This document shows, one piece after another, positions 1 through 9,219 of a DNA stretch of 64,000 nucleotides (position 1 is its first letter; each line of letters starts with the position of its first letter). A program made the position numbers and the translations under genes. The DNA is from Candidatus Multivoradales bacterium. GTDB taxonomy: Bacteria > Acidobacteriota > Thermoanaerobaculia > Multivoradales > JAHEKO01. The notes beneath the pieces are model-generated. The model did no database searches and was not told the DNA's origin. It saw nothing but the letters and a program-made list of their open reading frames with translations. The DNA lies in NCBI GenBank assembly GCA_965223855.1, contig CBDCXM010000009.1, positions 1,568,001 to 1,632,000 of the forward strand, written 5' to 3'.

Positions 1-311
1 GGGATCACCCAGAAAAGACCCGGCCCCTTGACCCCGACGAACTTGCCGAGCCGCAGAAGCACGACCCGCTCGAACTCCGGGATGACATAAAGGGTGCGAC
101 AGACGACCAGCGCCAGGATCAGGGAAACCAGCCCCCCGACCGCCAGCGTGGCGGGGAACAAGAAGTCCGCGAAGGCGGCCAGGAGCCCGGCCACCAGCAT
201 CGTCAAGCCGAAGAACACCGCCAGTGAAACGAGGAAGATCACCAGCCTGAGGAAGGTCTGGACGGTGTTCAGTCCGCGCGTCGAACGCACTGCACTTGGA
301 GTCGTGGCCAC
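1..311 (-). CDS. SPFH/band-7 (slipin/stomatin-like) membrane protein, 5' part; runs off the window edge
   Basis: Manual minus-strand translation (not in the ORF track): GTG at 311 after GGAGGTGG RBS, two hydrophobic helices, then LYVIPEFERVVLLRLGKFVGVKGPGLFWVIP, the typical SPFH start motif. Confidence 0.85.
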   Translation of the reverse strand, partial: MATTPSAVRSTRGLNTVQTFLRLVIFLVSLAVFFGLTMLVAGLLAAFADFLFPATLAVGGLVSLILALVVCRTLYVIPEFERVVLLRLGKFVGVKGPGLFWVI

Positions 312-428
312 GATTCCACCTCCGATTGTTGGTGTTGAAGGTAGGTACGCTAGCACGCACGCCGGGATTCCCTGGGTGGGGGCGAGGTGCCGAGGGACGA
401 AGCGCCGAGGGACGAAGTGCACCGGCGG

Positions 429-467
429 TGAAGTGGCTCACGAACCGGTGGGAGCTCCGTCCGGCTC
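429..467 (+). repeat. Degenerate copy of the RAYT-element left-end motif
   Basis: TGAAGTGGCTCACGAACCGGTGGGAGCTCCGTCCGGCTC aligns gap-free with 24381-24419 (32/39 identical). Confidence 0.75.
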
Positions 468-499
468 ACACGATCTCGCACTTTCGGGCACGACGAGTG

Positions 500-549
500 C
501 CGTCCTCGAGAGGCCACCCTTCTTGCGAAGATGGCCACCTCGAGGACGG
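500..549. terminator. GC-rich hairpin, possible terminator of the 576-1577 gene
   Basis: CCGTCCTCGAG...CTCGAGGACGG inverted repeat just downstream of the minus-strand stop; no clear U-tract. Confidence 0.35.
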
Positions 550-575
550 GCGGTGCGCCAGTTGCTGCTCCGAGC

Positions 576-1577
576 CTAGGGGGTGAGCCTCCACCAGGTG
601 GCGAAACCGTCGTCACAGTCTCGGATGACCGCATGTTCCTGCGCGCTCATGCTCAGGCACTTGGCCGGAGTTCCGGCCGGTTGGGCGGTCGGGTGAATGC
701 GTCTGGTGCTGGGATCGAAGCGCCACGTGTTCTGTCCGGGGAAGTCGCTGCCGGGAGGGTTGATGTCTTCGTCGCAGGGGCGAGCTACCAGCAGGTGCTT
801 CCCGCCTCGGTGCCAGATCTCCTGAGTGTGCTCGGTGTCCTTGGCCCACGGAACCGTCACGCACTCGTCGCCGAAGACGATTCGACCGGGGCTGCGGAAC
901 GTCGGCAGCCGCGGCTCTTCGCACGGCCGAAGCTCGAATCCGCTCGGTGTCCTGGTGAGGCAGCGATCGTCGAGTCTGTCGTGCTCGCTGACCGGTCGGA
1001 TGAGTACTCCGTTCGTGGCCGGCACGACTTGAACCGGCTGCCCGCCAAGGTTGACGGTCCAGGCGGCGAGCCTGCGGTTCCCGCCGGGGAGTCTCTCGCT
1101 GTGGAGACTGGCCCAACTGAGTTCCCGGAAGCGTCCGTCGATCTCGGCGCGGACGAAGCTCCGGCCGTCCTCCGTGACGATCTCGATCGGCTGATTGCCG
1201 AGGTTGACCGTCCAGGCGGCGAGCCGTCGATCACCGGAAAGGCGATCCTTGTCGAGGCTCGCCCAGTTGAGTTCGCGCGTCTTGCCGTCGATCTCCGCTC
1301 TCAGGTACTGCTTCCCGTCCGGATCCCGGACGACGGAGACCCGCTGCATGCCGGTGTTGGTCGTGAAGGCGGCGAGCCTGCGGTCACCGGAGAGCTTGTC
1401 CCGGTCGAGACTGGCCCAGTTGAGCTCGCGCTCCGGTCCATCGTGCACCCGCAGGTAGACCTCAGATGCCGACACCGCCGTCGGCAGGAGAAGAAGTAGG
1501 ACGATTGCCCAGCGCAGGAGCCTCCGAGGTTCGGCGGCGGGCAGGGCGGCTGTGGTGTGGATGTCGGGCTTGGTCAC
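576..1577 (-). CDS. Secreted protein with three ~50-aa tandem repeats and a C-terminal ricin-B/beta-trefoil-like domain
   Basis: GTG at 1577 after GAGGAG; signal peptide (WAIVLLLLLPTAVSA); 3x REL(N/S)WASL..L.G.RRLAA; C-terminal C-L...C and W motifs resembling ricin-type lectin. Confidence 0.7.
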   Translation of the reverse strand: MTKPDIHTTAALPAAEPRRLLRWAIVLLLLLPTAVSASEVYLRVHDGPERELNWASLDRDKLSGDRRLAAFTTNTGMQRVSVVRDPDGKQYLRAEIDGKTRELNWASLDKDRLSGDRRLAAWTVNLGNQPIEIVTEDGRSFVRAEIDGRFRELSWASLHSERLPGGNRRLAAWTVNLGGQPVQVVPATNGVLIRPVSEHDRLDDRCLTRTPSGFELRPCEEPRLPTFRSPGRIVFGDECVTVPWAKDTEHTQEIWHRGGKHLLVARPCDEDINPPGSDFPGQNTWRFDPSTRRIHPTAQPAGTPAKCLSMSAQEHAVIRDCDDGFATWWRLTP

Positions 1578-1693
1578 GTCGTATCTCCTCTCGCGGGCCA
1601 ACGAGGCCGGAATTGGCCTTCTAGCTGCCCTAACGCAAGTCGGAGCGAGACGGGGCCGTGCCCTGATCTGGTGAGAGAGGTCGCTTCGTGGAT

Positions 1694-1820
1694 TGAAGTG
1701 CCGAACGCCTCGTGAGAACTGAGTGCAGCTCTCCGGCCGGTGGGGCTCGAGATGCAACGTTACCTGCCTTCAGGAATCGCAGGCACGCTTGTGCGGGGCC
1801 TTCTTGCCTTGCTGCGCCAG
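1694..1820 (+). mobile_element. Heavily deleted remnant of the RAYT-like element (left end plus transposase fragments)
   Basis: 1694-1735 matches 24381-24423 with one gap; followed by colinear fragments RYLPS, GTLVRG and LLRQ matching transposase RYLPS, GTLARG and YLLRQ. Confidence 0.65.
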
Positions 1821-2025
1821 AGGACCTGTCAGCCGGACCTCCCGGTCTCTGATCACGGAATCGGAGAGGAGTTCTGCCGTCTCCGCAGCCGCTCAGTCCG
1901 GGTGCGGGCGGTAGTTCTCGACTGGGCCTCGCCCTGCTCCGGTGCAGCGGCTTCGATGCTCACTGTCCTGGAGTCGGGGCGGGTCCGTTCACTTCCAGCA
2001 TTGACTTGCGAACTTGGAGGAAACG

Positions 2026-2481
2026 ATGTTCGAACAGCGACCCGAGTTGTACCTGATTCTCTTGACTGTGACATTGGCGATGGTGATCTCGTGCGCCGAA
2101 GATCCAAGGCCTACCCGGTCGAACCTGGACGCGGCCGACATTCGGCTTGCGCATCTCCCGACAGCCAGAGGTGTCGAGCGCTACCGATGGAATCTCGACA
2201 GCGCGCTACCTGCCGACTCGATGACAATCCGCGACCTCCAGATTGGTGAGCGGTACACAAAGGCGATCGAGCGCGACGAAGGCGGGGGTACCTGGGAGTG
2301 CTACGACTGCCCTGCGCAAAGCAGCGGGTGCACATGGATCGGGTACTGCACCGAGATCGACGAGTACGAGTCGTGGTGCACCTTCTATCCGGAGGTGGCC
2401 CTCCTCTCACCGTCGGTGACGAACTCGTCGCTTCAGACCAGTAACGGTGAAGCTACATCTTCTATGACGGTGAGAGTCTAG
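2026..2481 (+). CDS. Hypothetical Cys-rich lipoprotein
   Basis: ATG after GGAGG; hydrophobic stretch ending MVISC (lipobox-like); five further Cys. Confidence 0.6.
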   Translation: MFEQRPELYLILLTVTLAMVISCAEDPRPTRSNLDAADIRLAHLPTARGVERYRWNLDSALPADSMTIRDLQIGERYTKAIERDEGGGTWECYDCPAQSSGCTWIGYCTEIDEYESWCTFYPEVALLSPSVTNSSLQTSNGEATSSMTVRV

Positions 2482-2890
2482 CCCCGACGATCCAGAAGAC
2501 AGGATGGCTCTCCGAGCTGAAGAAGTCGAGCGACCATTCCGCAATCTGGGCTGAGCTCGACACCACGGTGAGACCGTGAAGAACTCTCCAGGAGTTGCGG
2601 TCGCCTAACGGTGGCCTTCGAGTTGCTTTGCGGGGAGTCACTCTTGATGCTTGTGCCTGTTCGAGGTCCCAGAGACGACTGTCCTCGCCCTTTGTTGAGG
2701 CAGCAACGTTGCCGATCTGGACGGCCTCAGCTCATCCCTCAACAGAGTCTCAACCTTCCGGCCCAGGCGTGCCTTCCCCAACATAGGGAACCGCCGGAGT
2801 CGAAGCAGGCTCCAGGAGGCCAAAGGACGCTCGAAGGCGAGGATGCCGGACCTAGGAGTCCCGCACGGATCCCGGGCCGGCCCGAGGGAA

Positions 2891-3142
2891 CTACCGAATC
2901 AGCTTGCGTCTAGCAGGCTTCTCCACGAACTCGACAGCAGAGTCGTCGCCCAGGGCCTTCAGGAGTTGCTTCTCAATGGACTCGTCGGAGGCCTCCACCA
3001 CATACAGTGCCGCAAGTTCCGGGTCGGTCACGTCGGCGAAGAGGCGGCGCGCTGTCAGAGCTCCACCCTCTGAGAGCTTCGTGAGCAAGTCCTCTCGAAC
3101 TTCAGGAGGTGTTTCGCTGAGGAACTTGAAGTGAACCGCCAT
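2891..3142 (-). CDS. Small protein resembling a stand-alone subtilisin propeptide / I9 inhibitor
   Basis: 83 aa, starts immediately after the S8 stop; alternating beta/alpha pattern ending AVEFVEKP, like S8 prodomain ends. Confidence 0.6.
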   Translation of the reverse strand: MAVHFKFLSETPPEVREDLLTKLSEGGALTARRLFADVTDPELAALYVVEASDESIEKQLLKALGDDSAVEFVEKPARRKLIR

Positions 3143-4477
3143 CTACTCGACGAGGCTAGCCAACGACGCCTCCAGATTCAACAGGCCATGACCGTAGCCC
3201 TCAGTCCAGGCGCCTCCCATTCCCCTCAGACGTGTGCAGGTCTCCACAAGTTGCCGCTTGACGCCGGCAGGGTCAAGGCTGGCGAACTTTGACATGACGA
3301 GGCTCGCGGCCGCCGCTACGTAGGGGGTCGCCATGGATGTGCCGCTCCATGCAGCGTAATTTGTCTCTCGCCGGTTCGCAATTCGCGACGCATAGCTGGG
3401 CAAAGTCGACAGGATGTTGGACCCTGGGGCGACCAGGTCGATGTGTTTGCCGGTGTTGGAAAAGCTCGAGCGCTGCATGGTCTCATCGATTGAGCCCACG
3501 GCGAGAACGCCATCATAGGCGGCAGGGTACTCGGTTGGGTTCCCTTCGTGGTACTCGTTTCCCATTGCTGCAACAGCGAGGATTCCCTCCTCTTCGAGCC
3601 TGCGGAAGAGCATCGCTTCTACCTGCGAATGGGATGTTCCACCGATGCTCAGGTTGACGACTCCAACATCCGCCGTTCGAGTCTCATGCAGGGCGGCGAA
3701 GTAGCGCTCAGCATCGACGTAGAACTGGCCGGACGGGTCCGGCTCGTCCTCGAAGATCTTCCAAGCTTTGATCTCGCAGCGCGCGGCACCTGAGATGCCC
3801 ACTGCATTGTTCACGTCTGCGGCCAGAATGCCTGCGACGTGGGTGCCGTGACCGATCAGATCCTCTGACCTCAGGCCTCGGTGGTGGTGCTCAGTCAGGC
3901 TCGAGAGCTCGGGGTGCTCGTCGTCGACTCCAGTATCGAGGACTGCAACGGCGCGACCTGGAGTGGCCTCCGCCTCGAAGAAGCGAATGGCTCGCAGACC
4001 CCACTGCAGATTCCGAAAGGGTTCGGGGCGAGCCCCTTGTCGAGCGCTCAGCCACCGCACGGGCAGTCTCTCGGCGAACTCGAAGGCATCGGAGCCTCTG
4101 AGCGCAGCCAGTGCTTCATCGGTGTCGGTGGCCGGATCGAGTTGGGCCACGCTGATTCCGGAAAGAGACTCGCTGTCCGAGTCGACCACGCTGGAAAGGA
4201 GATTCACGGTCTGCTCGGTGGCGTCAGCGGCTTGGAAGCGCCTTAGCCCAATCCTGCGTGCTGAGAATGGGGCGCTCATCTTGGAGAGGCCAGCGTTGGT
4301 TCTGAGATAGCGCAAGGGCTGCGCAACCTGCGCCGGCAGGCTCGCGGGCTTGATCGAGGAGAAGACCAGCGGCTTTCCGGTGAGGGCGGGCGCCACGGCA
4401 TCCGCCTTCACCTTCAAGACGATCTTTCCTCTCGAGGACTGCGGGCGGGTGCCTCTCGGTTGGGAGAAAGTCGGCAT
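3143..4477 (-). CDS. S8 family (subtilisin-like) serine peptidase, no signal peptide
   Basis: Catalytic motifs VAVLDTG, HGTHVAG, GTSMATP; oxyanion AAMGN. Confidence 0.95.
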   Translation of the reverse strand: MPTFSQPRGTRPQSSRGKIVLKVKADAVAPALTGKPLVFSSIKPASLPAQVAQPLRYLRTNAGLSKMSAPFSARRIGLRRFQAADATEQTVNLLSSVVDSDSESLSGISVAQLDPATDTDEALAALRGSDAFEFAERLPVRWLSARQGARPEPFRNLQWGLRAIRFFEAEATPGRAVAVLDTGVDDEHPELSSLTEHHHRGLRSEDLIGHGTHVAGILAADVNNAVGISGAARCEIKAWKIFEDEPDPSGQFYVDAERYFAALHETRTADVGVVNLSIGGTSHSQVEAMLFRRLEEEGILAVAAMGNEYHEGNPTEYPAAYDGVLAVGSIDETMQRSSFSNTGKHIDLVAPGSNILSTLPSYASRIANRRETNYAAWSGTSMATPYVAAAASLVMSKFASLDPAGVKRQLVETCTRLRGMGGAWTEGYGHGLLNLEASLASLVE

Positions 4478-4513
4478 TTAGAACTCCTGCGAAAATGGTT
4501 GGTCGTCCGTTCT

Positions 4514-5293
4514 CTACAGAGCTCGGGCGATGCGGATCCTGTTCCTGAGATCATCAAGTTCCAGGGATGCGTCCTTGGCGGCGGGAGCTTCCGACCCGAC
4601 ACCGGTGTGGCCGTCGTTCTGAATCGAGCCGATCACTTGTTCGACGGCGCCTAGTTGCTCGTCTTTGGACTTCTTGCGTTCCTCGTAGTCCTTCTTGATG
4701 CCGAGCGCGCCGGTGTATCCAGTCCAACCAGCACCCACGATGATGGCTTGGAGAAGGTCTCTTGCGAGAGCAGAAGCAAAGAAGGCGCCCAGAACCGCAT
4801 AGAAGAACGCGGCGACAGTGAACAAGCGCCAGCGCTCTCGATTGAGACTCTTTTCTAGCCTCGCCACCGCGGTGTTGAGCGCCTCGACCTCATCGGCGGC
4901 CGCTCCTGGCTTCGCCACAGCGAGCAGGCGCTGGTAGAGCAACTCGAGCCGCGCCCCACCGGCGTCGAGCCGAGCCTGTGCCGCGATGCCGGGAACGTTG
5001 CCGCCTATCAGCGAGAAGAGGGTGATCAGAGCACCCACCAATCCCAGTGCGGCATAGAAGCCCCCCTCGTGCCAACGAATCTCGTCGCCCTCGATCCAGT
5101 GAAAGAGAACGGTTCGGTTCTCAGAAGAGTCGGCCTTGTTGTCGTCGCTGAGTTGTTTCTCTTCCTCCGGTTCTTGCTGGGTAGTCACCAGAGGGGAGGC
5201 CTCCGGCGACGCTTCCGTCTGTGCAGTGACTTGTCCGGTTTGGGTGGCCACGAGGAAGACAACGGCCGCCAGGCATCGATACATGTTTGTCAT
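4514..5293 (-). CDS. Hypothetical membrane protein (signal peptide, 3-4 TM helices, coiled segments)
   Basis: AAGGAG RBS; hydrophobic segments FYAALGLVGALITLF and LFTVAAFFYAVLGAFFA...IIVGAGW. Confidence 0.75.
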   Translation of the reverse strand: MTNMYRCLAAVVFLVATQTGQVTAQTEASPEASPLVTTQQEPEEEKQLSDDNKADSSENRTVLFHWIEGDEIRWHEGGFYAALGLVGALITLFSLIGGNVPGIAAQARLDAGGARLELLYQRLLAVAKPGAAADEVEALNTAVARLEKSLNRERWRLFTVAAFFYAVLGAFFASALARDLLQAIIVGAGWTGYTGALGIKKDYEERKKSKDEQLGAVEQVIGSIQNDGHTGVGSEAPAAKDASLELDDLRNRIRIARAL

Positions 5294-5319
5294 CTCTCAA
5301 TCTCCTTCTTGGGGCCTGC

Positions 5320-6201
5320 CTATGGTTGGCTCGCGGCGGTGTTCCATGACTTGAGGTTCGACACGACGCGATTGTTGATGCGGACCGCTTGGTTCAAACC
5401 GCCGAGGCCCCCGGCGTGGATACCGACGACCTGCCTAGAGTTGCCGTCCTTTCTCCACAGAGGCCCGCCGCTTTGCCCCTTGTTCGTGTCCAAGGTGTAG
5501 CCCAGAGAGTTCGGCCGCAGGGTGGAGATGCGCCTCGCGTGCCACCACAACGTCCACTCGGGCTTGTCGTGGGGGTAGCCAGCCAGGTTGACGGAAGCTG
5601 ACTGGAGCTGAGCATCGGTGACTGTGCCGAACCCGAACCAGCCCAAAGAATGTCCGGGGGCCGACCCACCTGTGATGAGGATCGCTCCGTAGTCGAGTTC
5701 CGGATCTCGGTCACGCGTCCAACCCGCAACGCTTCTGAAGGTCCGTGCAGTGAGAGTCTCTTGAGCTTGACGATCTCCGCTCCGACCGGGCATGACGGCG
5801 ATACTTCTGGCCCACCCGCCATCGCGATGCGAGTAGACGCAGTGGCCAGCGGTCACGACCAGGCGTGGCCCGGCCAGCCAACCGGTGCCGATCTGGGTGG
5901 GGCCGGTCGGAAAGTCGATCTCCAGCGCGCAGATTGCTCGCCAAGGGTAGGCGCTGGTCGAACGGATCTCCTGTCGATCATCGCGGCCGAACACGGTCTT
6001 TGGCGTGATTGCTCGCGTTGAGTGGGCCAGCCGAACCCCGGCATCCAGCGCTCGACCGAGAAACTGCCGGAACTGGTCGGCCGGGCGATCGAACTCGATC
6101 ACGCTGCGATCGGCGGGCTCAATCTCGAGTCCGTTGGGTCCTGTGCTCGTATGGAGGTCTCGGCCTTGGCCGCTACTTCCGAGCCGGTAGCTGTGTTTCA
6201 C
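5320..6201 (-). CDS. V8/glutamyl-endopeptidase-like S1 serine protease
   Basis: VFGRDDR, YPWRAIC, TAGHC (His), DYG (Asp), GQSGGP (Ser); GTGA overlap with the upstream gene. Confidence 0.92.
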   Translation of the reverse strand: MKHSYRLGSSGQGRDLHTSTGPNGLEIEPADRSVIEFDRPADQFRQFLGRALDAGVRLAHSTRAITPKTVFGRDDRQEIRSTSAYPWRAICALEIDFPTGPTQIGTGWLAGPRLVVTAGHCVYSHRDGGWARSIAVMPGRSGDRQAQETLTARTFRSVAGWTRDRDPELDYGAILITGGSAPGHSLGWFGFGTVTDAQLQSASVNLAGYPHDKPEWTLWWHARRISTLRPNSLGYTLDTNKGQSGGPLWRKDGNSRQVVGIHAGGLGGLNQAVRINNRVVSNLKSWNTAASQP

Positions 6202-7403
6202 GAGGTGCTGCCCACGCTCGGGTCCTCGCAGCCGGCCTTTCCGCTCGAAGCGTCGTCGCAGGGTGACGGCTCGGTGGCAGCATCTTCGGCCTCCTCAGAG
6301 TCTTGACCGGTACTACCTTCGTTTCCTGCCTCAGAACCCTCCGTGTCGCCGTTCCCCGAGTCTGATCCGATCGTCTCGTTCTTGTCGGCAGAAGTGGATG
6401 AGGTTGAGGCCGTAGTGACCTCGGCCTTCTTGAACGGGTTGCTCGAGAAGCGGAACCCGATTCCTACAATGGCGTTGAGAGCGAAGGTCTCGTCGACGAG
6501 CTGGTCTGGAGTCAAGCTCTCCATCAGAGCCTGGCCCTCTTCGTAGATCCCCTTGAGCCGGGTCTGCTCGTGCCCGGCGGCACCCACGAAGAGGCTGACG
6601 TTGTCGCCGACGATCCACGAGAGGCCGGCGAATACGAGCCTCTTGTCGAGGTCTGCCCCGAGTCCGGCCGTGAAGTGCGGTCGCCCGGTTCGCTCGTTGA
6701 GATCTGCTGCCGAGGGAATGTAGCTGAACGCGATAGTCGGCTCGAAGTCGGCCCCTCCGCGATCCGCCTGTCGCGCGATCGTCAGGCCAGTGTCCTCGCT
6801 GCCCTTGGTGAAGTACCGCTCGTCTTCATCGGGAAGAAAGGAGAAGCCGTAGTGACTGAGCCACAGCCTGCTCTGTCCGCTCGAGAAGACGTACGTCCAG
6901 CTTCGCCCCTCCAGACCGAGACGCCGGATCTCGAGCTCGACTCGTTGCCCTTGCTCGAGACGGACCGATCCATCGAGCGCGACCTCGGTTCGAGACTTGA
7001 AGGAGTTGATCCGGGTGGTACAGCTCTCGTTCGGGCTCTGAGTGAGAGCCGTTGTCAACGCCGCACGCATCGCAGACTCTGAGTTGCCGCTGCCTGCCTT
7101 GGCAAGTGCGTCGAGAATGGACTTGCAGGCGGCGTCCAGCGTCTTGCTCTTCTTCAGTGCTGCGGTCTCGCGCTCGAAGGAGTCGAGAGAGAGCGGCCGC
7201 AAGAGACCGAACTTCTTCAGATCGAACTCGTACCGTCCGCCAGGCAGCCGGTTGGTGATCTTGAAAGTCAGTTCGCTCCCGCTGTCGACGAGGAAGGTGC
7301 GGCTGCCGTCGGCGAGATCTAGAACGTACTCCGTGGCAGCTCCCGGCGAAGCCAGTGCGGCTCCCAACACCAGGACTGCCAATCCCAATCGCTTCGTTGC
7401 CAT
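6198..7403 (-). CDS. Secreted hypothetical protein with beta-rich C-terminal half and acidic low-complexity tail
   Basis: GGAGG RBS; signal peptide (LAVLVLGAALASPGAA); 401-aa ORF. Confidence 0.75.
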   Translation of the reverse strand: MATKRLGLAVLVLGAALASPGAATEYVLDLADGSRTFLVDSGSELTFKITNRLPGGRYEFDLKKFGLLRPLSLDSFERETAALKKSKTLDAACKSILDALAKAGSGNSESAMRAALTTALTQSPNESCTTRINSFKSRTEVALDGSVRLEQGQRVELEIRRLGLEGRSWTYVFSSGQSRLWLSHYGFSFLPDEDERYFTKGSEDTGLTIARQADRGGADFEPTIAFSYIPSAADLNERTGRPHFTAGLGADLDKRLVFAGLSWIVGDNVSLFVGAAGHEQTRLKGIYEEGQALMESLTPDQLVDETFALNAIVGIGFRFSSNPFKKAEVTTASTSSTSADKNETIGSDSGNGDTEGSEAGNEGSTGQDSEEAEDAATEPSPCDDASSGKAGCEDPSVGSTS

Positions 7404-7502
7404 CTCCAGGTACCTCCGTAAGTTCCGGGCCCGCTTGGGCCCTGGGTTCGGAGGTACTGACGGACCCGGAGTGGCGCTCTACGAAGGTAGGCGCAGAATC
7501 GA

Positions 7503-8354
7503 CTAGTGGCGGTTGATCAGTTGATCAGTGGCGACGGGAGCCTCGTCATCGCTCTCGAGCGCCTCCAGAAGAACTACGAGTTCCTCAGAGTCCGTGCCGG
7601 AAAGGTCGAGAGTACTGAGGAGCTGCCGCCCAGACTTCGCAAGTCCTCTTCGTCGGCCATGGTCGGTGGAGTTGGAGAGCCGCACCGCCTCCGCCCATTT
7701 TCCGAGCGCGTAACTCCCAGGATCGAGAGTCTCTGCCATCTCGATGTCAGCGGCGACTGCGAGCTCCTGGGCCCGCGCGAGGGAGGGGTTCTCTTCGAGA
7801 CTACGACCGATCTCTCCGTACATGAGGACGAGGGCCTGCGATAGCTCAATGCCTCGCAGCATCCTCGTGATCTGGTCGAGGGTCCGCTCGGCCTCATCGA
7901 TCGCTCGGCTCTGCAGTGCCACCTCCAGGTCGAGAACCCTCACTCCTAGACGGAAGGAGAGATCCTGGAACGACCGGTTGGAGATCGAGCCCATGTTCTC
8001 CGACCAGCCCTGGTCGCTCCACTCCGGATCGGCATCCGGGGCCACTTGAATGCCCTCAGCCAGAAACGAAGCAGCGGTGGTCGGCGATGCCTTGAGCACG
8101 AGCAGCCACGCCCCGGTCGCGGCCAGCGCGGCCAGGGCAGCGGCAGCGAGCCACCTTCCTGCCGAGGACCAACCGTTCTGGCGTGCGCCCCTCGGCTCCT
8201 CCTGAAGCGATGCCATTGCTTCCACAAGAGCTTCGTATGCGGAGGGGTCGGACTCGAGCTGCTCGACGATTCGCGCACGCTCTTCCGCATCGCCGGCTCC
8301 CTCAGCGAAAGCTGCGATGTCCTGCGGGGTCAGGCCACTTGGAAAGCTGCTCAT
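7503..8354 (-). CDS. Putative membrane-anchored anti-sigma factor (zf-HC2-like N-terminus without Zn ligands)
   Basis: Likely ATG at 8354 (MSSFPSGLTPQDIAAFAEG...ERARIVEQL); TM WLAAAALAALAATGAWLLVL; directly downstream of the sigma gene. Confidence 0.75.
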   Translation of the reverse strand: MSSFPSGLTPQDIAAFAEGAGDAEERARIVEQLESDPSAYEALVEAMASLQEEPRGARQNGWSSAGRWLAAAALAALAATGAWLLVLKASPTTAASFLAEGIQVAPDADPEWSDQGWSENMGSISNRSFQDLSFRLGVRVLDLEVALQSRAIDEAERTLDQITRMLRGIELSQALVLMYGEIGRSLEENPSLARAQELAVAADIEMAETLDPGSYALGKWAEAVRLSNSTDHGRRRGLAKSGRQLLSTLDLSGTDSEELVVLLEALESDDEAPVATDQLINRH

Positions 8355-8415
8355 GGGGAAGGCTCCAGCCTGGCGGCTAGTGAGTTGACAGCCCTGTGCA
8401 CTCGATAGACGGACA

Positions 8416-9219
8416 CTATCCGGGAGTCTCCGGCGTGGGTGAGAAGAAGTCCAGCCCGGTCGTGTCGTTGTTCTCGAGAAACTCGCGGAGTTGGACCGTG
8501 CCGAGCCCCGAGGCTTCGAGCTTTCGCCGGAGCACCCGCTTGAGACGGTCCACCAGCGTGTAGACACTCCGCTGCTCGACACCGAGCATCTGGGCGATCT
8601 GCACGAGGCTGATGCCTTCCTCAAAGTGCAGCCGAAGCACCAACCTCTCCTGAGCTTGGAGCTCTGCCATCGCTTCCTGCACGGGGTTCTGGAGGCCTGA
8701 GGTGACGGCTGCCCGCCGGACTCGCTCGTCCGTCTGTGTGGGGGCGGGAACGGACTTGAGAGAGGCCTCTCCTTCCAGAACTGTTCTGGGTCTTCGAGGG
8801 AGCTCTGCCGCGAGAGCCTCCAGCTCGGCCGGACCGACCTGAGGGCACTCTCGCTTCGCGATCTCGATCGCTTCCGGCCAGGTCAGCCCGTCCCTGTTGA
8901 CGAGGCGCTCCATGACAACGGCGGCACTGCCTCGTCTGCGCGCCCTGGCAGAAGGACGCCACTTTCCCCATTTCTGGGTCCGGTAGTCCTGGAACTCCCT
9001 GTGGAAGACCACAGCGAGGAACGTGCGGAGGCTGCTCCGCTCCTCGAACTTCTCCAGGATCGCGTAGCCACTCTCCACGAGGCGAAGCATCAGCCAGGAA
9101 CGGAAGTCTTCGGCCTCGTCTTCGAGAACCCCCTTTCGCCGGCTCGTGAAGTCGATCACCTCCTGGATGAGCTCGAGGTTCTCGAGGAACATCGCCTCGA
9201 GCTTTGGGTTCGGTGCCAA
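8416..9219 (-). CDS. ECF-like sigma-70 family RNA polymerase sigma factor
   Basis: Region-2-like EAEDF...SSLRTFLAVV; region-4 HTH LHFEEGISLVQIAQMLGVEQRSVY. Confidence 0.9.
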   Translation of the reverse strand: MAPNPKLEAMFLENLELIQEVIDFTSRRKGVLEDEAEDFRSWLMLRLVESGYAILEKFEERSSLRTFLAVVFHREFQDYRTQKWGKWRPSARARRRGSAAVVMERLVNRDGLTWPEAIEIAKRECPQVGPAELEALAAELPRRPRTVLEGEASLKSVPAPTQTDERVRRAAVTSGLQNPVQEAMAELQAQERLVLRLHFEEGISLVQIAQMLGVEQRSVYTLVDRLKRVLRRKLEASGLGTVQLREFLENNDTTGLDFFSPTPETPG

